Assembly: GCA_026707405.1 (NCBI GenBank)
Contig: JAPOWW010000013.1
Coordinates: 3,190 to 67,189 of the forward strand
Source of the DNA: Chloroflexota bacterium
GTDB taxonomy: Bacteria; Chloroflexota; UBA11872; VXNJ01
Direction: 5' to 3'
DNA length: 64,000 nucleotides
The position numbers were made by a program, and so were the translations under genes. Under the pieces are notes generated by a model, which was given only the letters and a program-made list of their open reading frames with translations, had not been told where the DNA came from and ran no database searches. Below, one piece after another: positions 50,644-60,432 of this stretch; positions within the stretch are counted from its first letter, which is position 1; every line of letters begins with the position of its first letter.

Positions 50644-50908
50644 AGCCTATGTTCCGTCAGGCTGGAACGGAGAAAGTAGCCGATGATGTCTTCGACATCG
50701 CCGCGTGTCTGCATCCAGGAGCCACCAAGTTGCTCCGGCAATACCTTCCCAATCGCATCTGCCTAGGACAGAATCTCCTAACACGGCAGCCTGACACCAG
50801 AACACAATCACCCCTTCCACCTACCAAAGGAAGCTAGAGATGACTGCGCATTACGCCGATCCGAACGCAGCCTCACGCAGTCATCCGTGCGCTAACGAAA
50901 GAAGGCCC

Positions 50909-51943
50909 CTACAGCCACTTGTCCACAAAATCGAACGCCAGGCGCCCGCTGAACTCGTGTCCTGCGTCGAACTCGTCTCTGGCCAGTCGGTCCGACGCCC
51001 CGGCCACCGCGTAGACTCGTTCCAGCACGGCATGGGCCTCTCGGGAGGTCTCGATGGGAAAGCCGTCGTCGCGGATTCCCGCCTCGATCAATAGTGGCCG
51101 CGGCGCGATCGCGCCGACGATGTCGGGAACGTCGGCATATCGATAGACGCCCGGAAGGAACTGCGAGCCGCAAAAGTTGCCCATCTCAATGGCGTATTTG
51201 GCAAACGTAGTCAGATATCCGCTGATTACCGCCACCTTGATTCGTGGATCGATCGCGGCCAGATACATGGTCCTGGTCCCGCCGAAGGACAGGCCCAGGC
51301 AGCCGACCCGGTCGGCGTTCACGGCGGGATGGGCCGAAAGTACCTCAACGGCCTTAAGGTCGTCCCAGATATTTCGCGACATCAGGCTGACGCCGTAGAG
51401 CATCGTCTTGAGGAAGCTGACGTTACAGCCGTCCCGACGCCCGAATATGCCGGTCGTCTCGCCCGGCGCCGGATGGCCGAACCCCTCGCTTCGCTCGCCG
51501 AACCCGCGGGCGTCGGGCGCCAGCACCACGTTGCCTCGCTTGCCGAACCGCAAGGCGTAGTCGTTGTGAACGTCGGAGGCCTCCCCGCTCACGCCGTCCT
51601 TGCCCACGCCGTGACCATGCACCGCCAAGAGGCCCGGCAAGCTCTTACTCTCACCCGCGCCCTCCGGAACGAAGAGGAACGCCGGAACGTCCACTCCGGC
51701 TTCGGTGGAATAGACCACCTTGTGCCGGGTCGTTCCTTCAAGCTCAACGGTCTCCAGGGTTCTCAGATTGAGCGGGACCGGCTCCGGCCAGGGCTGCATA
51801 AGCTCGTACAGCTTGGCCCGAAGCCGCGACCTCCACAGAATCCACTCGTGCTGGGTTTCAGCGCTAAACGCGAGCGGCCTCGAAGTCTGACGCTCGAGCT
51901 CGTCGATAAAGTCGTCGATAGAAAACTGCAGGTTCGCGCTCAT
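50909..51943 (-). CDS. Alpha/beta hydrolase (dienelactone hydrolase/acetyl esterase-like)
   Basis: VHGHG, GLSFGG nucleophile, IAPRPL, GHEF. ATG at 51943 overlaps the upstream stop. Confidence 0.88.
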   Translation of the reverse strand: MSANLQFSIDDFIDELERQTSRPLAFSAETQHEWILWRSRLRAKLYELMQPWPEPVPLNLRTLETVELEGTTRHKVVYSTEAGVDVPAFLFVPEGAGESKSLPGLLAVHGHGVGKDGVSGEASDVHNDYALRFGKRGNVVLAPDARGFGERSEGFGHPAPGETTGIFGRRDGCNVSFLKTMLYGVSLMSRNIWDDLKAVEVLSAHPAVNADRVGCLGLSFGGTRTMYLAAIDPRIKVAVISGYLTTFAKYAIEMGNFCGSQFLPGVYRYADVPDIVGAIAPRPLLIEAGIRDDGFPIETSREAHAVLERVYAVAGASDRLARDEFDAGHEFSGRLAFDFVDKWL

Positions 51944-52722
51944 CAGTCCCACTCGCCCTTTATGTACTCCAAGGCCCGCTTCGGCTCGGTTGAATAATCC
52001 TCGAATCTGCCGCCGTTGTCCTCGATGCTGATTCGATCCGCGTAGCCGGCTGACTGCAAGGCGTCGAGAAACTCGACGTAAATCCCATCCCACGGGCGCG
52101 GCGGCATCCCCGCCAGCTGCGGCACGGGTACGTGGACGTGCCGCAAATCGGCTCCAGCCTCAGAGAGACTTTGAAATTCGTCATCCTCATAAGTCATGTG
52201 GAAAAGGTCTGCAAGCACCTTGATTCGCGGATGATCAACACGCCGCGCCATCTCCAGCGCTTCTGGGACAGTGTTTATGTTGTCGCAAGCGGTCTTGTAA
52301 AGGGGCTCGATCGCCAGGGTCATGCCGACACGGTCGAGCTTCTCCGCAACCAGGTGCAAAAACATCGCGATCTGGTCCGCCGCTCGGTCTCGGTCGAATC
52401 CGTCGGGAGTCGACCGCGCCCCACCGCTGCCAAACACGATGATCTCGGCGCCGACCTCGGACATGCGCGCCAGCGCCGTATCCAGATACGCGTCTAGCCT
52501 CTCCCGGTCGACCCGGTCGCCGACGACCGGCAGTACCCCCGGGATGAACACGTTGAAGGCCTCAACCGGCAGACCGGAGTCGGCGATTCGCCGGCGTACT
52601 TCCGCGAACTCGGACTCGGCGCCCTCTGGGTCCAGGGCGGCTACTTGTAGCTCGGCGTAGTCAAACCCGGCCTTTCGGGTTGCCTCCAATCCTTCCACCG
52701 TGGTGCAGCATCCAAATCGCAT
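51943..52722 (-). CDS. Sugar phosphate isomerase/epimerase family protein
   Basis: VFGSGGAR, AIEPL, ADLFHM, HVHV, ISIE. Confidence 0.9.
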   Translation of the reverse strand: MRFGCCTTVEGLEATRKAGFDYAELQVAALDPEGAESEFAEVRRRIADSGLPVEAFNVFIPGVLPVVGDRVDRERLDAYLDTALARMSEVGAEIIVFGSGGARSTPDGFDRDRAADQIAMFLHLVAEKLDRVGMTLAIEPLYKTACDNINTVPEALEMARRVDHPRIKVLADLFHMTYEDDEFQSLSEAGADLRHVHVPVPQLAGMPPRPWDGIYVEFLDALQSAGYADRISIEDNGGRFEDYSTEPKRALEYIKGEWD

Positions 52723-52903
52723 TGAATCGACTCCTCAACGGACGCACTACCGGCCAAATGCCCGATCATTCTGTCCGATTCGACAATCCTTGTCAGGCTG
52801 GTCGTGGAACGAACTGGCGACTCCGACGACGACGGGGGATAATCACTCTCGCGACTGCCCCAATCACGCCATCGACCAAGCCCGACGGAGTACAGGATTT
52901 AAG

Positions 52904-53578
52904 ATGTCGTCGACCGAAGACGAGTTGCTACAGGTCTACTTCCCGTCGGGCCTGCCCACTGGCCATGCGTGCACGCGGTCGCGGATTCACGAGATCGGCC
53001 TCTGGCACCTCACTCTGCAATTCTGGATCGTGCGGCGCTCCCGAGACGGATCACACCGACTGCTCTTCCAGCAGAGACACCTTTCCCAGCAGGCCTGGCC
53101 GGGCAAGCTGGACACGACGTCCGCCGGCCACGTGCGCATGGGCGAGACCGATCTGGTCCGCGAGCTCGAAGAGGAGCTTGGAGTGCGCCCCACCACGAAG
53201 GACGTGAGCTTCGTAGGAGTGCGTCGCTGGGATGACGCCGCGGATCCGAATATGATCGACCGTGAGCTTCACCAGACCTATATCTGGATCAACGATCTGC
53301 CGTTGGACACCTATCGCCTTCAGCCTGACGAGGTCACCGCGCTGGTTGAGCTAACGCTATCGGACGCCGAAGCGCTGGTCACCGGCAAAAGCCAAGCCGT
53401 TCCCGGAGTTCGGTACGAAACGGCCAAGGCGCTACGGGATGTGACCATAAGCAAGGATATGCTTGTCCCGGTTGCGGACGGCTTCTACCTGAAGGTGATC
53501 GACGCGGTCAGGCGTCGAATTGCCGGCGAATCAGAAACAGAGACGATCCATGGCTGGTTGCCCAACCCGATTCTGTAA
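52904..53578 (+). CDS. NUDIX hydrolase (IDI-like)
   Basis: HEIGLWH, WPGKLD..AGH..GE..RELEEELG. ATG at 52904 follows AGGA. Confidence 0.88.
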   Translation: MSSTEDELLQVYFPSGLPTGHACTRSRIHEIGLWHLTLQFWIVRRSRDGSHRLLFQQRHLSQQAWPGKLDTTSAGHVRMGETDLVRELEEELGVRPTTKDVSFVGVRRWDDAADPNMIDRELHQTYIWINDLPLDTYRLQPDEVTALVELTLSDAEALVTGKSQAVPGVRYETAKALRDVTISKDMLVPVADGFYLKVIDAVRRRIAGESETETIHGWLPNPIL

Positions 53579-53617
53579 GCGGCGGCGAACCCCCCGCGCG
53601 CTTGGATAGACGGCTGC

Positions 53618-53989
53618 GTGACTTCACGTATTAATTTCGAGACGCTCGTCGACCAAGCGCTCGATTCGATTCCCGATTGGCTGCTCGAACGCCTAGAAAA
53701 CGTCGCGATCGTCGTCGAAGACGCCCCGGACCCCGAAGACCTCGCCGAGATGGACATTCCGCCTGGGTCGGAGCTTTACGGCCTGTACGTTGGAATCCCT
53801 CTGACCCAGCGAAACAGCGCTTACAGCATGGTTCTTCCCGACAGGATAGTCATCTACCGCAACGCGCTTCGGCGGAATTTTCGCGACATTAACGAGCTTC
53901 GCGAGCAGGTCCGCCAAACTGTTCTTCACGAAGTCGGACACGCCCTCGGGATGGACCATGAGAAACTTGCCGAGCTTGGACTGATATAG
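53618..53989 (+). CDS. Zincin-like metallopeptidase (DUF1025)
   Basis: LYGLYVG, PDRIVIY, HEVGHALG. Confidence 0.9.
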   Translation: MTSRINFETLVDQALDSIPDWLLERLENVAIVVEDAPDPEDLAEMDIPPGSELYGLYVGIPLTQRNSAYSMVLPDRIVIYRNALRRNFRDINELREQVRQTVLHEVGHALGMDHEKLAELGLI

Positions 53990-54013
53990 CGAGCTACTCG
54001 CCCCCGCCGTTTG

Positions 54014-56014
54014 TCATGCGCGGCGCAGCGATACGTCCAGATCGGTGTGTCCTTCGAACGACCCCAGATCCCAAACGTCACGGCCACCATCCACGTCCAC
54101 GGTCAGCCGGCCCACGTGTCCTTCCGCCACATGCTCCAGCTCGACGCCGTCGACCGGGCATCCACCCCGCCACGGGCAGAAAACCGCGATGAACAAGCCT
54201 CGACTCGCGCGCATCCGCCGCACGATCGCCGTCCTCGACTCGGACGCCGGATTGGATGGCCCCTCCGCCGAATACAATTCGCCCCCTCTACTCAACGGAA
54301 ATACGGTCATACCGGCGTCGCCCCCGACTCTCCACTGCAGTGCGCTTGCGTCACGAATTCGCGTCCAGCCGGACAACTCTGGATGCGGTGCAACCCCTTC
54401 GGCACGGCCAGTCGCTACCAATTCCCCACGAGCATCAAACGAACCTTCATTGTGGTAAATCCAGTCGAACCGCCGGGGCACGGGCGCTGAAACCGAAAAC
54501 AAGTCGATGAAGTAGGGTTGCCGAATTAGCACCGCCCGCCTGAACCGGACCCCGGCGTGGGGTCGCATTGTCCACCCCACCGCGGCGTCCACGAGTTCAA
54601 ATCCCCCAGTGGTCTCGAATCTCAAAAGCGAACCCCAGCCAGCCGGCTGGAGATTGCCGTCGACCATCACGGTGTTATGACTCGCGGTATGGGCATACCA
54701 GCGATCGCTCAGCCCGACGCCGAACCCGGGTGTTCCGAGATCCGGGGAAAGGACGGCATCTTCCCCGTAAACCGACAGGCCGAGCTTGTCGTAGTGGCCG
54801 TGCACGCCGCCGTGCCTCCCGTATTTCAAAAGCAGCTGGAAGGAGCCGTCTCGAAGCAGCGCAAGCCCGGAATTTTCAAATACTGCGCTCCGTCGTTTGC
54901 GGACAAGACCGCCTGCGGGAAGCGTTCGCTGTCCTTCCAGCAGGAGCCAAATCGAGTCTCTAGGCCGAAGCCTGTAGGCCCGCTGGAGCACCGCCGCAAA
55001 TTCTCTGTGCCGGTACCAGGACCAGCCGGTCTCGTAAAAGCCGGGCGGCTCGGGTATGGCGTGACCGCAACGGTCGGTGAGGTCGATGGGACTCCAGCAG
55101 TCATTGATCGATGGCAGCGAGCCGTCCGCAGTCGCGAGGTCTATGGCGGCCAGAAGCATCCGCTCCACCTCCGGAAACCGGGCCAGATCCGGTCTCGCCG
55201 CTTCTAATGCTCGCGAAGTCCACATGAGGGCCGCGAGCGTATAGAAATGGTAGCTCAGGCTGCCTTCATACCAGAGACCGTCCTTAAGAACTCCCCGGCT
55301 GACCTGCTCCCGTAACCGGTACGGCCCGTCGATGGCCGTTTCGACGAGATCGTCCCTTCCGCATACTGCTCCCGCCGTTACCAGCGCAGCATTCAGCCAG
55401 CATTCGATATTGTGGATCCGGCGGCGGCGGCGGCCCGCTATCCAGTCGGCGGCGGGTTCGAGCAAACTCGTGCGTACATATCCGGCATCCCGGCGCGAAC
55501 CGCCGCCCAAAACCAGATCACACGCCCAGGCCAGGTTAATGAGCCAGACCGCTTCGTCCAGCGCGTGGTAGCAGGCTCGTCCCGAAAAGTGCCAGTCGGG
55601 GTCGGGTTCATAGTTCGAATACTTCCGTGCGTATTGGGTCAATATCGCCCACGCGGCCTCCAGATGCTCACCGACACCCGTTGCAACGCCCAACACCGCT
55701 GACTCGAAGGCAAGCGTGCTCAGGCGGTTGTTTACGAACCACCGCCAGGCTGCATCGAGCTTCTCCCCACCGAAGGACCGCCCGTCGATCGGACACCTGT
55801 GAACGTCGGGACTTTCAGGATCGAATTCGAACTGCTTGGCGTGATCGGGACAGAAATAATCGTGGTAGTACCCGGCCCGTCTGTCCGGCACGCTCATCCG
55901 GCGCCTTGCCGTGCCCATCACTCTCCCGGCCAGACTCGTCACCGCGGCCGAGAATTCGGGCTGACCACCTCGTAGCCGCAACGCGTCTCGGGCTTCCTCC
56001 GAGAATAGGAGCAC
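54014..56014 (-). CDS. Heparinase II/III family oligosaccharide lyase (alginate lyase-like)
   Basis: IHNIECW, DGLWYEGSLSYHFY, HGHYDKL, SHNTVMVDG. Confidence 0.85.
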   Translation of the reverse strand: MLLFSEEARDALRLRGGQPEFSAAVTSLAGRVMGTARRRMSVPDRRAGYYHDYFCPDHAKQFEFDPESPDVHRCPIDGRSFGGEKLDAAWRWFVNNRLSTLAFESAVLGVATGVGEHLEAAWAILTQYARKYSNYEPDPDWHFSGRACYHALDEAVWLINLAWACDLVLGGGSRRDAGYVRTSLLEPAADWIAGRRRRRIHNIECWLNAALVTAGAVCGRDDLVETAIDGPYRLREQVSRGVLKDGLWYEGSLSYHFYTLAALMWTSRALEAARPDLARFPEVERMLLAAIDLATADGSLPSINDCWSPIDLTDRCGHAIPEPPGFYETGWSWYRHREFAAVLQRAYRLRPRDSIWLLLEGQRTLPAGGLVRKRRSAVFENSGLALLRDGSFQLLLKYGRHGGVHGHYDKLGLSVYGEDAVLSPDLGTPGFGVGLSDRWYAHTASHNTVMVDGNLQPAGWGSLLRFETTGGFELVDAAVGWTMRPHAGVRFRRAVLIRQPYFIDLFSVSAPVPRRFDWIYHNEGSFDARGELVATGRAEGVAPHPELSGWTRIRDASALQWRVGGDAGMTVFPLSRGGELYSAEGPSNPASESRTAIVRRMRASRGLFIAVFCPWRGGCPVDGVELEHVAEGHVGRLTVDVDGGRDVWDLGSFEGHTDLDVSLRRA

Positions 56015-56046
56015 TTAAACCGCCTGGCCCCTCGACGGGCCGGCCA

Positions 56047-58077
56047 TCAGAGGGCTACCGACGAGGCTTTTCCTCGGGCCGTTCGCTGCGCCCGTTCCCG
56101 TCGCCGGCCGGCCGTCAGCTCCCGGTGCTTGATCAGATACTCCCGGAACAGCGCCACAAAGGTTGCGTGGCTCCAGGTAAGCGGCGAAACGCTCAAGGGC
56201 GCATTTGAGTACGGGTCGACTTGCTCGGCGAGCGTCCCCGACGGCAAGGCGCGGTCCACTACCCAGTTCATCAAGTCCTTGGCCGGTGCCAGATCGGACG
56301 GTTTCATAGCCGTTGCGACATGCCATTGAGCAAGCCACATGGTGCAAATGAACCACGGATTGCCCGGCACGCGCTCGACGTCCGTGCTGACCTGGTGGTA
56401 ATAATCGTTCTCATAGCGGGCGATGCCGCCCACGTCGGTGCGCACCCACAGCCGTTCGCTTATCCGGTTCATGGTCGCGACTATCCGCGGGTCGGCGGCT
56501 GAGAACATTCCGAAGTAGAACAACCCATACAGACTGGCGTCCAACACCATGTCCTTCTCATATCCGCCTGAACCGTTTGGAATCAGCCGCCGAAGGAACC
56601 GACCCTCCGCCTCGTCGTACAGATGCCGCTGGGCCGCATCCCGCATTGAGTTCGCCGCGGCACGATAGCGGGCCTCGAACTCGGTCTCGCCGAATCCGCG
56701 CGCGAACGCCGCGGCCGCGCGCAAGCCGGCCCAAACCGAAGCGACCGTCCAGGCGTGGACTCCATGCCGCTCCTCCCAGAGATCGTATGAGGGAAGCGGC
56801 AGACCAGTCTCGGGATCTCTAAATTCGCAGAGGAAGTTGGCGGCCTTCTTTATCAACTCCGCATACAGAGGCTTGATGGCCTCGACGTTCAGGTCACGGT
56901 CGAACTGCCGTCCCAACGCCCAGAGAACGAGCGCCGTCTCGTCCTCCTGGATCGGAAGTTGCTGCTCTCCCCTGTCCGTGGCCCAGGGATGCCACGAGCT
57001 GCCCTCCGAACCGTCCGGAGCGTACTTGTGGGCCATGAATCCCTCGTCCCGAATCACGCTGGCGCAGAATCTGTAGAACTGCCGGGTCAGACTCCCGAAG
57101 TTGGCCTGGCCGAGCGCGTCCGCCACCAGAGCGCCGTCACGAGGCCACATGTAGCTGTACACATCCCGGTTGAACTGAAGATTGTCTGTGTCGTTCGCCG
57201 CAATGATCGCTCCACCGTTGTCTACCTGGGTCCTCACGATCAGAAGGCTCCGGTGGTACAGATCGGTAAGCCGCTGGTCCAGGTCCGCCGTGCCCGTCTT
57301 CGATCCGGTAACCCAGTAGCGCCAATAGTGCTTCGTACGGTTGACCAGCGTTTCCGCCCCGCGCTCCCTTAGCGAATCGTTGTGGTTTCTGAGGCTCTTG
57401 TAATCGTGGCCGGCCGATATCCAGTAATAGATTTCTTGGGACCCGTCGCCCTCGATATCCAGATGCACCCCTCCGGTGCTATCAATCGAACCCTGCGACA
57501 CGAGGTTGCCGCCGAGTTCCCCGTTTTCGGCGTCCCGCCAGGTGCCCTCGAGTCCACGAACCGAGCTCTCGCCAATGGCAAAGGCGTCCCATCCCGAGCT
57601 AAGGCGCGTCTGAACATCCACCCAGAACCAGAGCTTGCGCTTGTAGTGGATCAACGACCTCGGCGCCGGGTCGAAGTACGCGGTATCTCCGATGTCATCG
57701 CCGTAGATGCTGAAGTCTTGGTGGAAGAAGACCCGCAACTCACGCTGCGTGCTCCGCAGGTTCTTGATCGATACCTTCCGAACATATACCGGTCTGTGGA
57801 AATCCACGCAGTCCGAGCACGTCATCTCAAGGCCGAGGTGGTCGTTTCGCAACCGGACGTCCGTGACCAAGGTGGATTTCTCGTACCGCAGATCGCGCTG
57901 CCAGTCCGAGTCTTCGATCCAACTGAACTCGCCATCGGCCCACACGCCGAAATGGCATTTCCCGCCCGCAATGTGATTGTGCAGGCCGACGTGCGGGTAG
58001 TAGATATCTCGGATCAAATAGTCGTGGTCGAAGTTGACCAGCATCGAGCCATTGCCCACTACAAGATCTCGCGGCAT
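56047..58077 (-). CDS. Glycoside hydrolase family 15 (glucoamylase/trehalase-like)
   Basis: YSYMWPRDG, QEDET, DLWEE, LAEQ..PLTWSHA. GGAGGTGG RBS. Confidence 0.92.
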   Translation of the reverse strand: MPRDLVVGNGSMLVNFDHDYLIRDIYYPHVGLHNHIAGGKCHFGVWADGEFSWIEDSDWQRDLRYEKSTLVTDVRLRNDHLGLEMTCSDCVDFHRPVYVRKVSIKNLRSTQRELRVFFHQDFSIYGDDIGDTAYFDPAPRSLIHYKRKLWFWVDVQTRLSSGWDAFAIGESSVRGLEGTWRDAENGELGGNLVSQGSIDSTGGVHLDIEGDGSQEIYYWISAGHDYKSLRNHNDSLRERGAETLVNRTKHYWRYWVTGSKTGTADLDQRLTDLYHRSLLIVRTQVDNGGAIIAANDTDNLQFNRDVYSYMWPRDGALVADALGQANFGSLTRQFYRFCASVIRDEGFMAHKYAPDGSEGSSWHPWATDRGEQQLPIQEDETALVLWALGRQFDRDLNVEAIKPLYAELIKKAANFLCEFRDPETGLPLPSYDLWEERHGVHAWTVASVWAGLRAAAAFARGFGETEFEARYRAAANSMRDAAQRHLYDEAEGRFLRRLIPNGSGGYEKDMVLDASLYGLFYFGMFSAADPRIVATMNRISERLWVRTDVGGIARYENDYYHQVSTDVERVPGNPWFICTMWLAQWHVATAMKPSDLAPAKDLMNWVVDRALPSGTLAEQVDPYSNAPLSVSPLTWSHATFVALFREYLIKHRELTAGRRRERAQRTARGKASSVAL

Positions 58078-58329
58078 TTCAACCACCTCCTACGTCCCCG
58101 ACTGAGCCTAACCGTAGCGTCAAGCCCCGGGCGGCGCCTAAAGCATCCTAGTCGTCGTTGCCAAACTACCGCCGCGCCTCCATGACCAGTGTGACCAACA
58201 AGCCCCTGATCCATTACCGATTGGTCCGAAACGTGACTCGATCTCGCTTCCCTTTCCCCACCCCAAAAAGCGACTGAATGTAGTATCACCCAGCTCATCA
58301 TCCCACCGTCGGCCAAGCCTCTCACACTT

Positions 58330-58384
58330 ATATCCACAACGTATCGTTTCCCGTCAATACACACCTTTCCGCACGCTATCCACA
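58330..58384 (+). promoter_or_regulatory. DnaA-box cluster upstream of dnaA
   Basis: ATATCCACA (58330-58338) and CTATCCACA (58376-58384), each one mismatch from TTATCCACA, with weaker boxes between them. Confidence 0.6.
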
Positions 58385-58772
58385 TCCATGCTTCAGATTC
58401 ACATTTGTCGGCATATTGCCGCCGGCCGATCCGACATAAGCTTCACCATTACGCCTGATCCATATAGCCGCAGTTACCAGCGTTACATTCCTCTTTACAA
58501 TTAGCATCGCCTGCGAAACTCTGGCCTCCCGTCGACCGGAGTCACCGCATCAGCCCCCATCACGGACGTATCAACGCCTCGCTACCTCACCTCCGGTGCC
58601 GACTCTCCGTCCCTCGGCGCTTCGCCAAGCATACGATGGGGCCCCTACCCTGTGACTTGGTGCGGCCACAGGAGTCGGGCACCGGTATTCTTCGATCTGC
58701 GGGTGCCTTTTCTGGACAAAAATATCGTCGACGAGTTTTCTGCTTTTTTGTAATTCACACGTATAGCGACCA

Positions 58773-58802
58773 TTGAAATCCTCGTCATCAGTTAATTATC
58801 AT
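58773..58802 (+). promoter_or_regulatory. Putative sigma70-type dnaA promoter
   Basis: TTGAAA-N18-TATCAT in an AT-rich patch ending 57 bp before the start codon. Confidence 0.45.
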
Positions 58803-58859
58803 AAATGCCCACCAAATGTTACGACTCCACATTGAACACGCTCCGAGAGTTCGGTCTTC

Positions 58860-60236
58860 GTGATCGATCAAGGTACCTGGGCAGCCGCGCTGGGCCGTCT
58901 GCAAGTCGAGATGAGCAGCGGTCAGTTCGCCGCTTGGCTCCAGCAAAGCACCTTTGTCGAGGGGGGTAATGCCTCCCTTGTAGTGGGTTTCCCAAACGCG
59001 TTCGCGAAGGAGACCGTCGACCGCAACTTCCGCCCCATGGTCAAAGGAGTGGTCGACCAAATTGCCGATTGTGATGTAGACCTTACGTTTGTAATCAATA
59101 CCGAAGGCGGACCGGTGTTCCCTTTGGGGACCGGTGCCTCACAGCCGCGCCCGCCCGCAAGAGACCGTCTCACGGCCACTCCGGTTTCCAGTCAACCAGC
59201 CCCGCTCCAGCCGCGCTACACCTTCGACAACTTCGTCGCTGGCGAGGGCAGCAAGCTGGCTTACGCCGCAGCCAAGCGGGCTTGTGAGGCCCCCGGTGGG
59301 TCATGTAATCCACTCTTCATCCACGGCGGCGTTGGTCTGGGTAAGACGCACCTGCTCAGGGCCGTCGGCCATGGGATCCACGAGCGGTTCCCTTCGCTGG
59401 CGGTCCGATTCGTCACATCAGAGGACTTCACTCACGAACTGGTTACAGCCATCCGAGCTGGCAGCACGTCCGCTTTCCGGGCGCGTTACCGGTCTACCGA
59501 TGTACTGCTCATGGACGACGTTCAGCTCATAGCGGGGCGCGAATCGACACAGCAGGAAGTGTTCCACACGTTCGACTCGTTATATTCGGCCGGCAAACAA
59601 ATCGTGCTGACAAGCGACCGGCCGCCGCAGACTATTCGCCCCCTGTCCGACCGGCTCATTACACGTTTCGCCTGGGGCCTCGTCGCCGACATTCAGCCGC
59701 CTGACTTTGAGACCCGCTTGGCCATACTCCGATCGAAGGCAGCGGCAGTGCAAGCAGACGTTCCATCGCCAGTCATCGAGTTCCTGGCTTCGTCCGTTAC
59801 CGATAATGTCAGAAATCTCGAAGGGTCTCTTACCCGTGTCCTCTTTTTCGCACAATGCAACAACCTTGAGCTTTCCGTAGCCACCACACAGAAGGCATTA
59901 CGCCACACTGGCTATCAAGCATCTCCACAACCGGCAACGCTACTGTCCGTGACGAACGCGGTCTGCAGGCACTTCAACCTCACCAGGGAGGAGATAGCCG
60001 GGCGCAGCCGTTCTGCCCGCCTCACCCGGCCCCGCCATATCGCCATGTACCTTATGCGTGAGGAAACCAACCACTCTCTACCGGCGATCGGTGCCGAACT
60101 AGGCGGCAGGGACCACACAACAGTCCTCCACGGCATACGCAAGATCACACGCGAACTCCCCAAAGACTCCGCGCTCCAACTCGCAGTTGATTCAATTCGC
60201 ACTCTGCTTCAGCAAGCGGCGCCTCACTTCAACTAG
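58860..60236 (+). CDS. dnaA: Chromosomal replication initiator DnaA
   Basis: YTFDNFV, GGVGLGKTHL, DDVQ, NVRNLEG, GGRDHTTV. Confidence 0.98.
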   Translation: MIDQGTWAAALGRLQVEMSSGQFAAWLQQSTFVEGGNASLVVGFPNAFAKETVDRNFRPMVKGVVDQIADCDVDLTFVINTEGGPVFPLGTGASQPRPPARDRLTATPVSSQPAPLQPRYTFDNFVAGEGSKLAYAAAKRACEAPGGSCNPLFIHGGVGLGKTHLLRAVGHGIHERFPSLAVRFVTSEDFTHELVTAIRAGSTSAFRARYRSTDVLLMDDVQLIAGRESTQQEVFHTFDSLYSAGKQIVLTSDRPPQTIRPLSDRLITRFAWGLVADIQPPDFETRLAILRSKAAAVQADVPSPVIEFLASSVTDNVRNLEGSLTRVLFFAQCNNLELSVATTQKALRHTGYQASPQPATLLSVTNAVCRHFNLTREEIAGRSRSARLTRPRHIAMYLMREETNHSLPAIGAELGGRDHTTVLHGIRKITRELPKDSALQLAVDSIRTLLQQAAPHFN

Positions 60237-60327
60237 TCGGTTTCCCCACCCACCCAAGCCTCTCAACAGCATTATTCTGGACATATCAACCGACGCTCAC
60301 GGCGCACGTCCAGGCTTCGCACACGTG

Positions 60328-60386
60328 TTTTCTACATATCAACAGGACCAACTGCTACTCCGACTAGTCTTTTTGAGATATACATA
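60328..60386 (+). other. Putative oriC unwinding element (tandem DnaA boxes, GC motif, DnaA-trios, AT-rich tract)
   Basis: TTTTCTACA-TATCAACA-GGACC-AACTGCTACTCCGACTA-GTCTTTTTGAGATATACATA directly downstream of dnaA. Confidence 0.7.
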
Positions 60387-60432
60387 CAGGAGCAGGAGGC
60401 GCCAGTGAGTAACTTCCTAGCCTTGTGGCGCG

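Noticed and set aside
58087-58859. rpmH or another small CDS in the dnaA upstream spacer
   Set aside because: No L34-like or otherwise credible ORF found; treated as non-coding.
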